DNA from: Cenococcum geophilum
Taxonomy: Eukaryota
Direction of reading: 5' to 3'
DNA: 64,000 nt
NCBI GenBank assembly: GCA_050273025.1
Contig: CP158635.1
Coordinates: 18,290,001 to 18,354,000 of the forward strand
Shown here: one piece after another, positions 12,349-24,431 of the stretch
Numbering within the stretch: the stretch's first letter is position 1
How the letters are laid out: every line of letters begins with the position of its first letter
Position numbers and translations under genes: made by a program
The notes under the pieces: model-generated
What the model saw: only the letters and a program-made list of their open reading frames with translations
What the model was told of the DNA's origin: nothing
Database searches by the model: none

Positions 12349-14112
12349 TAATTATTATTATTAATTCTATTTATTGCCCAATTTAGTCCCCTTTTAGGTC
12401 TATATAGGAAAAAGCCCTATAAGGGGAAAATCCTAAGTATTTCCTTTTAGCTAGTCCTATTTGTTCCGCCTTTACCTAGCTAGTATATCTTTATATCTTC
12501 TAGTCTACCTTATATACTATACTTCCTAGGTATATTAGAAAATCTAAAAGGAGTAGTAAAAGGGTTTAGAAATTCGCTAGTAAGCCGCCTATAGCTAGGC
12601 GGGGGTATTTAGTCCTTAAGGGGCTAGAATAGGGCGTATTATTTAGTATCCTCCTATTAGATCTTATATGCTATTTAAAACTACTAAAGAATTCCTTAGC
12701 CTATAAGCTATTTTACTACTATTTATAAGCCCCTACTTATAGAGAGTATCTAAGTAATATTATTTATACCTACGCTAGTAAGTAGCTAGTCCCTTACTAA
12801 TCGGTAGTTATAAAATAGTAGTATATAATATACTAACTAAATAGGCCACCGGTATATATATTAAGGTAACTAAAAAGTAGTCTATATAGGCCTAATAGGG
12901 ATCTAAATTAGACGTTAAGTAATAAATAAATATTATTATATATTAAGGTAAGATATTTAGAATATAGATATTAGCTATATATTTAGACCTAGGACCTTTA
13001 TCTATAGTAGAAAAACGGCTATAGATTTTACCCTCGTTAGTCCTTTATATAAAAAAAGAGTTAGTATTAACTATAGGGTATTGTTTGTATTAACTTAATA
13101 ATATAAGTAAGTTATATCCAGGGGCACGAAATACGTATAGTATCGTATGCTCTTTTGGATGGTGGTGACTTTTTCTTTTAATTATATATAAATAGGAGGA
13201 ATTTAAGGGGTTTCCTGAGCTTGCTTAGCTCACGTAATTACGTCTATAAATTCTCGTGCGAACTTATATAGACAGGTATTCTATATAGCTACGTCTTATA
13301 TTTTTACTACCTCCTTCTATTATTACTTCTATTTAAGATCTACCTATCTTATAATTAGCATAGTAAATCTCTATCTATATTAGTAACCTCCTATCCTCTA
13401 TTGCCATTATAGTACTCTACTAGTATAACGCTAGGTCTTTATCTAATAAGATAATTATTTCCTTATTTCCTTTTCTCTCTATTATTTATAGGTAAAGGGC
13501 TTCCTAGCTAGTATATTTAGGCATATTACCTCTTTAAGGAGCTATCGCTTCTTATATATATCTCGTTCCTTATATACGTTTTAGTATTTAGTATATATTT
13601 TCTTCTACTAGGTAGCCTTATACTATAACTACTCTCTATATAGTAGTTAAGTTACTATATAAGTCTAGTAGTAGAACTACTACTTCGCGTTTTAATATAG
13701 CGCGTAGTATTCTTCTATAGGCCCCTATAGTTCTATATAGGCACTAGTTTTATAGCTTAGCTAGTAGCGCTAATAAGCTTTTTACTAGTACCTTACCGCC
13801 TAGTCCTAAGCCCTAGATTTAGGAGCCGTATAGCATTATTAGCCTTACTACTACTATATATAGTAGGCGTATATATTTAAAAGAGGGTTCTTATATTAAG
13901 GTAGTTATTTATAATACTGCTAAAAGTACTACTCCTCCCTTATAAGTAGTCTATATAATATACTTATTCTAGTTTAACCTAGAGTCTACCTAAACCCCTA
14001 GGACCTTAAGGGTAGCTTCTAGTTTTACTTTATAGGCTTAGATATTTACTATTAAGACTAGGTTACTACTTACCCTTCTTTTCCTTATAAAGTAGATAAG
14101 CTAGTAATTATC
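12349..14112 (-). mobile_element. Tad1-type LINE, 5'-truncated 3' portion with (TAA)n tail
   Basis: Reverse complement of 16908-18300. Tail attattattatt at ~12350. Interrupted by the solo LTR at 13082-13274. Confidence 0.85.
13082..13274 (-). mobile_element. Solo LTR (193 bp) sharing its 3' part with the D LTR
   Basis: TG...CA ends and TSD GGTAT at 13077-13081 and 13275-13279. 13082-13170 is the reverse complement of ~21875-21962. Confidence 0.85.
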
Positions 14113-16761
14113 TTAGACTATATACCTGTATGGATAACGCTTAATGTTGCTATATGTGACGGCTCGAACTATTAAACAAATGTCTCGACAGAGACTTGAA
14201 TGAATGCTTGCAAGAAGAAGCGAACGAATGCTGTATTACGAAGATATTAAGCTAAGGAACAAGAGAAGGTGGTGAGGCCACGTCTATATATACATGCCAA
14301 GTCCTAAGCGAACCCCTGACTAGGTGACGCGCCCCAGCGCCGTCACACTATACTAGCGTAACAAACCTGCTAAAGATACGTTACTAAGAAATTTAACTTA
14401 AAAAAGTATACCTAGGAAGTTACTAATAGGCTAGTAGCTATACCTTAGGTATTACTAGAGAATATCTAAAGGATTATAAGTAACTACTTAAAAGAATACT
14501 ACCTAAAGGCCTAGCCTAGAAAATACGCCTACCGTAAATAGTTACTAGAAACGGCCTAACTACTTATAGGCGTAAAAAGGGTAAGGTAATAGTATAGCGT
14601 AATAAATAAAGCCTACTACTAATAGAGCCATAAGGCCCTAAAGAATAGGCCTAAGAAGATAATATAAAAGGAGGGTAGAAATAGCTAGCGCTAATTTCTA
14701 AAAGAAATTACCTTAGACCCTACTAAACTATATAATAAGGGACTCTAGTATATATTAAAGTAAAGTAGGCGAGCTGCTAAAGAGACGCTAGGGGACTTTT
14801 ACCTATTTATACTTTACTAGATAGAATAGGACTAGTATATAAATAATAAAAAGGAAAATATTAAAATATTAGTAGAGGTTCTTTTTAGGCGCGGGCTAAA
14901 CAGACCTATAGAATATTAGTAGCTAATTCTACCCCTTACCTATTAATATAAGTTATATAATATTAGTAAAAGAAATAAAGGACACTATATAAAAGCTCCC
15001 TACTAGTAAATCGTTAAGGCTAAATAAGGCAATTAAAGCTATAGTAAAAGCGGTAGTAATACTATTCGCTAACGTCGTAACTACCTACCTTTAGAGAGGC
15101 AAACTACCTAAATACTTTAAAGTAATAACTATAGTCGTCTTATAAAAGGTATAAAAAAAGACTACTCTATTTTAGAAAACTACTAACCCTAAAAAGGCTC
15201 TTAAAAAAGATAGTTATAAAACGTATATAAGAAGCGGCAGAAGTATAAAAGCTACTACCGTAGATATAAATAGGCTTAAGAAAGAAAATATTAACCCTTT
15301 TAGCCCTCTTCCTAATTACCTCTAGTATCTAAGCGGTATAGTAAGCTTACCTAGGATATATTATATCTATACTAAGCCTAGACCTAAGCGGAATATTTAA
15401 TAATATATTATATAAGAGACTTCTATAAATCCTAAGAAATAAAGGCCTACTAAACTAGATAATTAAGTTTATCTAAGCCTTTCTAATAGGGTGTACTATA
15501 AAAATTATAATTAAGGGCTATAAAAGCGAATTAATACTAATACCTATAGGTATTATATAGGGATTACCCCTATTTCTAATTCTAATTCTTTTCTTTATAT
15601 CTAAACTACTAGAGATATATAATAATAGCTAGAATAATAGCTATATAGAATTATAGGGGCCTATAAAAGGACACTATATGCCGTAATAGAACGTAAAGTA
15701 GTAGTACTGCTACTAGACGTATATATAGAAGCAACTGCTATATAGAGGGCATCCATAGTATAAGGCCACCTAGTAGAGAAGGAGATATACTAAATAGTAG
15801 AGCGTATATAAGAAGCAAGGGCCCTATAAAGAGGTATCACGCCTAAGCTTATAAGTTAAAAAGCCCTCTATTTATAAGTAGTAGAGAAAGAATAGGAAAT
15901 ATAAGAGCTACTATAATACTTACCGCCACGCTAGTAGAGCATTATAATAATAATAGAGGATATGGGGCCACTAGTATAAGTGGAGATCTACTATATACAT
16001 CGCAAGATAGGTAGATATTAAGTAGAAACGATGCTAAAAGAAAGCGGTAAAAGCATAAAGAGGAACTACGTGGAGCACCCTATAAATAATATTAACTTTC
16101 TCCCTATATAAAGGACAGATAAAGGCAGAATTTATAGCTGCCTTTCTATTATAGATAGAGGTCTTAGAACTAAACGTATATCTAATAAGCATCTATATCC
16201 TAAATACTATACTATACTATACCATACCATATGTATAAATAGCCTATATAGTTAGTACGCTATATAATACTCTTCTATAACTACTATATAGTAAAAAACT
16301 AGCTATTTACTAGGGCGGGCATAAATAATATTACCTAAATACTATTTATAAGTAGGGGCCTATATAAAACAGTATAATAGTTTATAGGTTAAGAAGTCCT
16401 CTAGTAGTTTTAGATAGCGTATAAGATCTAATAGGAGGATATAGGGGAATACGCCCCTTTTTAGCCCCTTAGGGACTAAACAACCCTACTAAGCTAAAGG
16501 CGGCTTATAGGCGACTTACTATACCCTTCCACTACCCCCTAGACCTTCTAAAATACCTTAGAAGTATAGTATAAAAGGTAAATATATTATAAAGGTAAAT
16601 AGGCTAGGCGGAGGCGGAGTGCGTAAGACTAGCTAAAAGGATACACTTAGGTTTTTCCCTTATTAGGGATTTTTCCTATAAATAGAAGATAGAAGCCTAT
16701 ATAGACCTAGTAAAGGGACTAAATCGGGCAATAAATAGAATAAATAAATAATAATAATAAT
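14113..16761 (+). mobile_element. Tad1-type LINE ORF2 remnant (end of APE endonuclease, RT, C-terminal Cys/His region) with (AAT)n tail
   Basis: De-RIP motifs: SDH.PV, LSLDLSG.FDNV, G..QGSPLSPIL, IIGAYK.T, FLL.TEVLGL. Internal deletion near 15640. Tail at ~16745-16761. Confidence 0.85.
14155..14347. mobile_element. Solo LTR (193 bp)
   Basis: TGTGACGGC...GCCGTCACA inverted termini. TSD CTATA at 14150-14154 and 14348-14352. Confidence 0.92.
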
Positions 16762-18302
16762 AGCTAGGATATAATAGTTCTAGAATTTATAGATAATATA
16801 AACTTAATTATATAGGGAAATATAGTAGTAGAAAACTATACTAGGCTAAACTAGGCATATAATAGGTACATTATATAGGCAAAACAATATAGCGCTAAAT
16901 TTGTATTAGATAATTACTAGCTTATCTACTTTATAAAGGAAAAAAGGGTAAGTAGCGACCTAGCCTTAATAGTAAATATCTAGAGCTGCGAAGTAAAACT
17001 AGAAGCTACCCTTAAGGGTTTAGATAAACTCTAGGTTAAACTAAAACAAGTATATTATATAGGCGACTTATAGAGAAGTAGTAGTATTTTTGGTAGTATT
17101 ATAAATTACTACCTTAATATAAGGACCCTCTTTTAAATATATACGCCTACTATATATAGTAGTAGTAAGGCTAATAATGCTATACGGCTCCTAAATCTAG
17201 GGCTTAGGACTAGGCGGTAAGGTACTAGTAAAAAGCTTACTAGCGCTACTAGCTAAGCTATAAAACTAGTGCCTATATAGAACTATAGGGGCCTATAGAA
17301 GAATACTACGCGCTATATTAAAACGCGAAGTAGTAGTTCTACTACTAGACTTATATAGTAACTTAACTACTATATAGAGAGTAGTTATAGTATAAGGCTA
17401 CCTAATAGAAGAAAATATATACTAAATACTAAAATATATATAAGGAATAAGATATATATATAAGAAGCGATAGCTCCTTAAAGAGGTAATACGCCTAAAT
17501 ATACTAGCTAGGAAGCCTACTACCTATAAGTAGTAAAGAGAGAAAAGGAAATATAGAAACTATTAGCTTACTAGGCGGAGACCTAACGCTATACTATTAG
17601 AGCGCTATAATGGTAATAAAGGATAAAAGGTTACTAATATAGATAGAAATCTATTACACTAATTATAAGATAGGTAGATCTTAAATAGAAGCGATAATAG
17701 AAGGAGGTAGCGAAAATATAAGACGCAGCTATAAAGAATACTCTATAGTTAATACTAATAAAGGTAAAATCTATAGTTGCCTTTCTACTATAAATAGAGG
17801 TTTTAGGCCTAAATATATAGCTAGTAAGCATCTATATTTTAAATACCTTACCTTAATATATATACGGGTGGCCTATTTAGTTAGTACGCTATATATTACT
17901 ATTCTACAGTTACCGCTTAGTAAGGTACTAGCTATTTACTAGTATAGGCATAAATAATATTACCTAAGTACTCTCTATAAGTAGAGGCCTATAGGTAGTA
18001 ATAAGATAGCTTATAAGCTAAGAAGTTCTTTAATAGTTCTAAATAGTATATAAGATCTAATAGGAGGATACTAAAGGGTACTCCATTTTCTAGCCCCTTA
18101 AAGACTAAATATCCCTACCTAGCTGTAGGTAGTATGCTAGCGAATTACTAGATACTTCTACTACCCCCCCCTCTAAATCTTCTAATATACCTAAAAAATA
18201 TAGTATATAAGGTAGACCTAAAGATATAAAGATATATTAGTTTGGTAAAGGTAGAATATATAAAACTAGCTAAAAGGAAATACTTAGGGTTTTCCCTTTA
18301 TA
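16762..18302 (+). mobile_element. Tad1-type LINE fragment (RT C-terminal half to 3' UTR)
   Basis: FIDN at ~16787-16798 (de-RIP F[V/A]DD), followed by ENC.RL, YGAKF..DNYQLIHF and IGAY. Confidence 0.82.
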
Positions 18303-18645
18303 GGTAGAGGGCTTCCTAGCTAGTATACTTAGGCGTATTGCCTTTTTAAGGGGCCCTCAATCCTTACATACGTTTTAGTATTTAGCATATATTTTCTTTT
18401 ACTAAGTAGCCTTATACTATAACTATTCTCTATATAGTAGTTATATTAATATATAAGTCTACTAGTAGAACTACTACTTTATATTCTAGTATAGCGCGTA
18501 ATATTCTCTTATAAACCCCTATAGTTCTATATAGGTACTAGATTTAAAGCTTAGCTAATAGCGCTAAGGAGCATTTTATTAATACCTTACTACCTAGTCC
18601 TAGGCCCTAGATCTAGGAGCCGTATAGTATTATTAGCCTTACTAT
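18303..18645 (-). mobile_element. Short LINE fragment
   Basis: Same-orientation copy of ~13490-13850. Confidence 0.75.
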
Positions 18646-18751
18646 AAATAAATTAATAAATATCTATATAATTTCCTATATAATTATTTCTATAAATTCT
18701 ATAATTAATTACTAGTATAAAAATATATATTTATACGCCTATATACTTATA

Positions 18752-19147
18752 TAAAGCTCTATATAAGGCTCTACACAAAGCTCCGCTCGAAGCTCTACTT
18801 AAAGCTCTACTCGAAGCTCTACTTAAAGCTCTACTCGAAGCTCTGCTTAAAGCTCTGCTTAAGCTCCTCAAAGCTCTGCACAAGGCTCTGCTCGAAGCTC
18901 TGCACGAGGCTCTGCACGAAGCTCTGCACGAGGCTCTGCACGAGGCTCTGCACGAAGCTCTGCACGAAGCTCTGCACGAAGCTCTGCACGAAGCTCTGCA
19001 CGAAGCTCTGCACGAAGCTCTGCACGAAGCTCTGCAGAAGCTCTGCACGAAGCTCTACGCGGAGCTCTGCGTAGGGCTCTGCGTAAGCCTCTACTAAAGC
19101 TCTACATAAGGCTTTATTAAAGCTCTGCGCGAGGCTCTACCTAAAGC
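18752..19147. repeat. 12-bp minisatellite (AAGCTCTGCACG)
   Basis: Near-perfect array, same strand as 11880-12292. Confidence 0.93.
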
Positions 19148-19633
19148 TTACCCCCTTCTATAAAGCAAATCTATACCTACTAGTAGTCCTTAGTTATTAT
19201 TTAAAGCTGGCTCGTCGGTTTGGGTACTCTGGCTGCGGTAGGAAGAGGTCGTGGGAAAGGTGCGGCTGCTACGACTCGGGGGCGTTGGGCGCGACGACGA
19301 GATAACGAATTGGAATCGGGCAAATCGGGCAACGTAGTCTTCTTCGCCAGGTTTAATTTGGTAATTCTAGCCATTAGGAATAGCTTAGGGAGCTATGGAA
19401 GTTAAGACAATTTGGCTCAAAGTAGGTGTATATAGGCCTAAATACCCCGCGCGGGACTAACAAAAATCCGAACCGTGTACCAGACCTTCTAACGAAGGTC
19501 TTGCCAAAAGCGGCTAGCGGCTTGGCAAAGTAAGCCTTGGCAAGAAGGTCTGGGAACGAGACAACTACTTAACCTTCCTACCCCAGCTTAGTCACCAGAG
19601 CCTTAACCAAATATCACAACTGCTCTGTCCCCA

Positions 19634-20152
19634 CAAGCTCCGCCCGCGCAAGCCCCGTCCGCGCAAGCTCCGCCCACGCAAGCTCCGTCTACGCAAGCTC
19701 CGTCTGCGCAAGCTCCGTCTACACAAGTCCCGTCCGTACAAGCTCCGCCCGTATAAGCTCTGTCTATATAAGCTTCGTCCGCACAAGCTCCACCTATGTA
19801 AGCTCCACCTACACAAGCTCCGTCTGCGCAAGCTTCGTCTACATAAGTTCCGCCCGCGCAAGCTCCGCCTATATAAGCTCCGCCCGCACAAGCTCCACCT
19901 ATGCAAGCTCCACCTACACAAGCTCCGTCTGCGCAAGCTTCGTCTATATAAGTTCCGCCCGCGCAAGCTCCGCCTATACAAGCTCCGCCCGCACAAGCTC
20001 TACCTATGTAAGCTCTACCTACACAAGCTCCGTCTGCGCAAGCTTCGTCTACACAAGTTCCGCCCGCGCAAGCTCCGCCTATACAAGCTCCGCCCACGTA
20101 AGCTCCGTCTATGCAAGCCCCGTCTGCGCAAGCTCCGTCCGCGCAAGCTCCG
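19634..20152 (+). repeat. 15-bp tandem repeat, in frame with D gag as (QAPSA/QAPPA)n
   Basis: Units caagctccgtctgcg/caagctccgcccgcg. Frame continuous with DDPLLN|LPTPA across the element F TSD. Confidence 0.85.
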
Positions 20153-21690
20153 CTAGCTTTACCCTCGTTAACTAAAGCTAAGGAGCCACGGCAGCCAAGC
20201 TCGTATAAACCTCCGTAACCACATAACTCTTAGCAATTACTGCCTGCGGCAACCGCCCCTACCCTTCCCCTAGTAACTGCTCCTACTCAACCTAGTCTTC
20301 CTCCCGCCCAGTATCTTTACCCTAGTACTGCTAACACCAACCCTAATATGCAGCTGCATATGGACCAACCCACGTACGACCCCTGCCTTCCCTAAAACGA
20401 GACCTTTACAAAGGCAAAGCAAAACGAGCTATATAAGGCAAAGCCTATAGCTAAGGAGCCCGTTGTATGGGAGAAGGAACACCCTAGTTAAGGAATATAT
20501 ACTACCTCCTTTACGGACCGCCGCTACCGCCAGCAGTACTAAAATCCACCACCTACACCGCCGTTTCGACTACCCCTGAGCTTAACCTACATTTAGGAAT
20601 CTTTCGACCATAACCCGTGCTACCTTACTAGTACGGAAATCTACCGCCTATACCGCCGTTTCGGCCACCCGTTAGCCGAAAAGCTGTATAGAGTCCTTAA
20701 ACGCTCTAGACATAATATCGACAAGATAGCAATCTACCGCTATCTACTGTTCTTTGCTAGCACTGTGGCGACTACTAGGGCAGAAGCTTACTTAGTTAAA
20801 ACTAAATACTCCCAGTATCTGAATAAGCTGACTTAGGAACGCCAAGCTTAAAACCTAAAGCCCGTTACAGCAAAGCCTACGGACCTTACTAGTTCCCGTA
20901 GAGAGACCCGTAAGACCGTAAAAACAAAGGACCAATACGTCGCCCAGCGCGCAAGAGGCGCCTATATTGCTACAGTCTGTTAACCTAAATCTGCCTACGA
21001 CTTATCCTTTACGGCCAAGGCAACAGATCCGTAAGAGGAAAATATCAAGCAGCTTAACCTAAATTCCCTTAGCTTACCAGTACTTACGGACACCCTAATT
21101 GGCCTAAAAAGCAAGTATATTACCCCGCTAATTATACGATGATTTGGACACCCGTTCCTTATGGGGAAAGGCTTTACAGACCTATATTTAGGAGTAAGAC
21201 TAATAGAGTACTTGCGGTTCATTTACGGCCCGTTAGAAGGCCGTACGGTTTATTATATAGTTCATTTACGGCCTATCGGAAGGCTGTACGGTTCATCTAT
21301 GGTCTATTAGAAGGCTGTATGGTACATTTACGGCCCGTCGGAAGGTCGTACGGCTTACTTTACGGACCGTAAGCAGGACTTACGGCCCGCTTAAAGCACC
21401 GTTTGGAAGGCCCTAGAAGACACCTCAGGAGGGATCTCCTATGGATTTCTTATGTATTTCTTTTACATTTTACGGTTTTATTAAAGTAAATTACGGAGGC
21501 TATACACAAGCGGTTCTATTTTCAAGTCCCGCTAGTATATAATTATAGCACCCACTATACGGAGGAATCTCCTATATATTTCTTGTGTTTTACAGTTTTA
21601 TTTCTTACGTATTTCTTTTATATTTTACGGTTTTATTAAGGTAATTACGGAGGCTATACATAGGTGGTTCTATTTTTCAAGTACCGCCAG

Positions 21691-21962
21691 TGTATAATTA
21701 CAGCACCTGTTATACCAACCGCGTGCTTACGCGTTCGGTACACCAACTACGCGTTTACGCGTTCGGTGCACCAACCACCCGCTTACGCGTCTAGTGCACC
21801 CCTGAAGCACTAACTAATTAGGGGGAGGTCGCATCAGTATATAGACCACGTAGTCTGCTTTAATATAAGAGACAGTTACCATCATCCTAAAGAGTATACG
21901 ATACTATACGTATTTCGTGCCCTGGGATATAACTCACTTGTACTATTAAGTTGGTATAAACA
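21691..21962 (+). repeat. 3' LTR of element D
   Basis: TGTATAATT...GGTATAAACA followed by TSD GAACC. Confidence 0.93.
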
Positions 21963-24431
21963 GAACCCTTTTTATAAAAGGCTAATAGATTAAAGTTCTA
22001 TCCCGCGTTAGTTAAAAAGACGCTAGTATATTTTAACTAGGTTAAAAAGGGTAGGCTAATAAAGGCTAATTCTAAGATATCCAGATTAGAAAGTAATAAA
22101 AGTCTTTTTATTATAAAGGACCAAACAAGTTATAAACTGGCTAATATATTACTACTAAGTATATATTAAGCTTACTATAAGCAAGTCTCTTAACTTTAGT
22201 CTAATATATAAAAACTTGTTCCTTTATATACAAATAATAATAAGATATTCTTAATATAGAAGTAACTAGATAGAAACAAAATACCAAGCTAAGGAAATCC
22301 TAATTAACGCCTTAATTCTTAATAAATACTAAAAGAGATAAGCGTAATTGCGAAAATCTATCCTTATAAGAAATTTATTATTTCTTAGGCTTCTTAAAAC
22401 CTTTATCCTTAGAACCTTTATCTCTAGTATAAACTGCCTTTCTCTTACATATCCTTTTCCTTAATAGCTCTTTTAATAAACCCTCTAATAACCTCTTAGC
22501 TATCTCTATTATAATATCTTAAAGTAGTTTATATATTTTAGTATAACGACAGAGGAAATAAGTATTCTTAGTATAGTATATTATAAGTCTCTCTTGCGGT
22601 ATATCTACGGCTAAAACCTAGGTAGGATACTAGTATATTACTACAATAGGACCGTATAAAGATATAATTCCTTTATAACTCGGGTTTTAGAGATATATTA
22701 TATCCTCTATTATATAATAAGTAGGTAATCAGGATATAAGATACTTTACTTATCCGCTTAAGATCTTAGTATTAGAAATTATTAATACTTTAAATAGATA
22801 TATATAGACTAAACCATTCTCTGCTTAATTATTAGTATTGCTAAATAATATAGGTGTTTTATAAATATACCTCTAGGTACTAGTAAAGTATATTTAGAAC
22901 CTATAACTGTATTTATCTATTAAGATAAGCCTTTAAAGTAGTTTTTATTTAGTTAAGGTAAGTCTATCTTAGCCTTACTATAGTCCTCTATTAGCTTAGG
23001 TAAGTCTATTTTAGTTTTGCTATAGCCTTTTAAACCCCTAAGGTAACTAAGGTATATTTTTTATATACTTACCTAAACTGTATCTTCTTGTATATCATCC
23101 TTTATATTATTATCCTTTTTGTAAAAACTAGCCTTATTAGGTGTTTAGGTAGGTATCTACTCCTATATATAACTAGAAAACTACAATTATTTCTCCTCCC
23201 TACTATTAGATACTATATCTTTAGTGTTAATACAATTTTAAGACGATCTAGGGTTTCTAATAGGTTAATAATTAGGTATAATATCTTCGGGGAGGTAGTA
23301 TATAGTAATATCTTTATAAGCACTAGTAATGTCTTTATAAGCACTAACTAAGGGCCTATAAGCTATATTAGTAACGTATTTAAATTTAGTTAAGGTAATA
23401 TATATAATGTCTAGTATTTTTATAAGGATAGTAAGGGATATATAGTTAAGAGGTCAAATTTAAAGGTAAGTTAAATTAATAGCATATAAGAACTAGGAGC
23501 ATAATGTTTATATTCTATTTTTCTACCGGGGTAGAGTTAAAATAGAAGGCAAAAGGGAAAGGCGGAGTATACTAGCCGCCCTCTTCTACTTTATATGGTG
23601 TCTGTAGTACAATATTTAGTAGCTATAATTACTCTTAGCTTACGTATTATCTGCGCCCGAGACTATAGGTGCCTAGAGTAATCCATAAGTAAAGCATTAT
23701 TAGGGGTAGCTATTAGCTAAGCTGCTGCTAAACTTAAATAGCTAACAATCCCTAACGGACGCCGTATACCTTAGTAGGGTTTAGAAGCGTTCATATAAAG
23801 TTATAAACTAGAATTAGAAGTTAACAATAACCCCTAATAACGCCTCTCTTAGTAGGAATAGTATTATATAATCTACTTCCAACGCCCGTCCTTTTTAGGA
23901 CAAGATACTACCTAAGCAGTAGACTTATCCTAGCTAGTTAATCTTATATATTAACCCCCTATCTGTAGTAAAGGAGCTATTAGTACCTTTAGGGTGGTTT
24001 AATTACTATTTTAGCTAAGCCCTTTATAAGCGCTCCGCCTTATACAGGCGGTAATTAACTCCTATTAATCTACCTTACGTTAGGGGAGATCTTTTACTTA
24101 AAGCGCTAAGCAGCCAGTACTTAGAAGTCTATAGGCTTATTCTATATCCTAACAACATTAACTATAATTTCTCCTTAAGTGGTATCCGTAACCCTAAGTA
24201 CCTATAAGCGCAGCGTCCCTAAGTTATTAGCTAGTAAGTAGGCGTTTATAGATAGAGAAACTAACTTTAGAGATAACGGCAACATAAAGGCGTTAGCTAG
24301 TTAGGAAAGTAACTTTAGTAATAAGGATTAAGAATAGGACGTAGAGATATTATATAATAGAGAAAATGGTTTTAGTACTAAAGATTAAGAAATAGGGGCA
24401 GATAGTAATAAAGAGATATTAAGCGACAAGG

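Larger units (their letters stand above)
11242..19564. mobile_element. Element F: TIR DNA element with hairpin termini (superfamily uncertain, Academ-like ends), non-autonomous, inflated by LINE insertions
   Basis: 17-bp TIR with 15/17 match (11242-11258 / 19548-19564). Inner 33-bp inverted repeat with 31/33 match (11314-11346 / 19453-19485). 8-bp TSD CTACTTAA. Excision restores the reading frame of the D gag. Confidence 0.85.
3234..21962 (+). mobile_element. Element D: internally deleted GalEa-like Ty1/Copia LTR retrotransposon hosting nested insertions
   Basis: 272-bp LTRs (TG...CA) at 3234-4391 (interrupted) and 21691-21962. 5-bp TSD GAACC at 3229-3233 and 21963-21967. Gag remnant EDFVDFTEATF..LRTLLRH, pre-integrase RRFGHP motif, and RT C-terminal YVAQRARGAYIATVC motif. 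Confidence 0.88.

Noticed and set aside
19592..20097. Minus-strand GGAC/RRSL-repeat ORFs
   Set aside because: Antisense readings of the 15-bp repeat; the plus-strand QAP frame is the one continuous with D gag.
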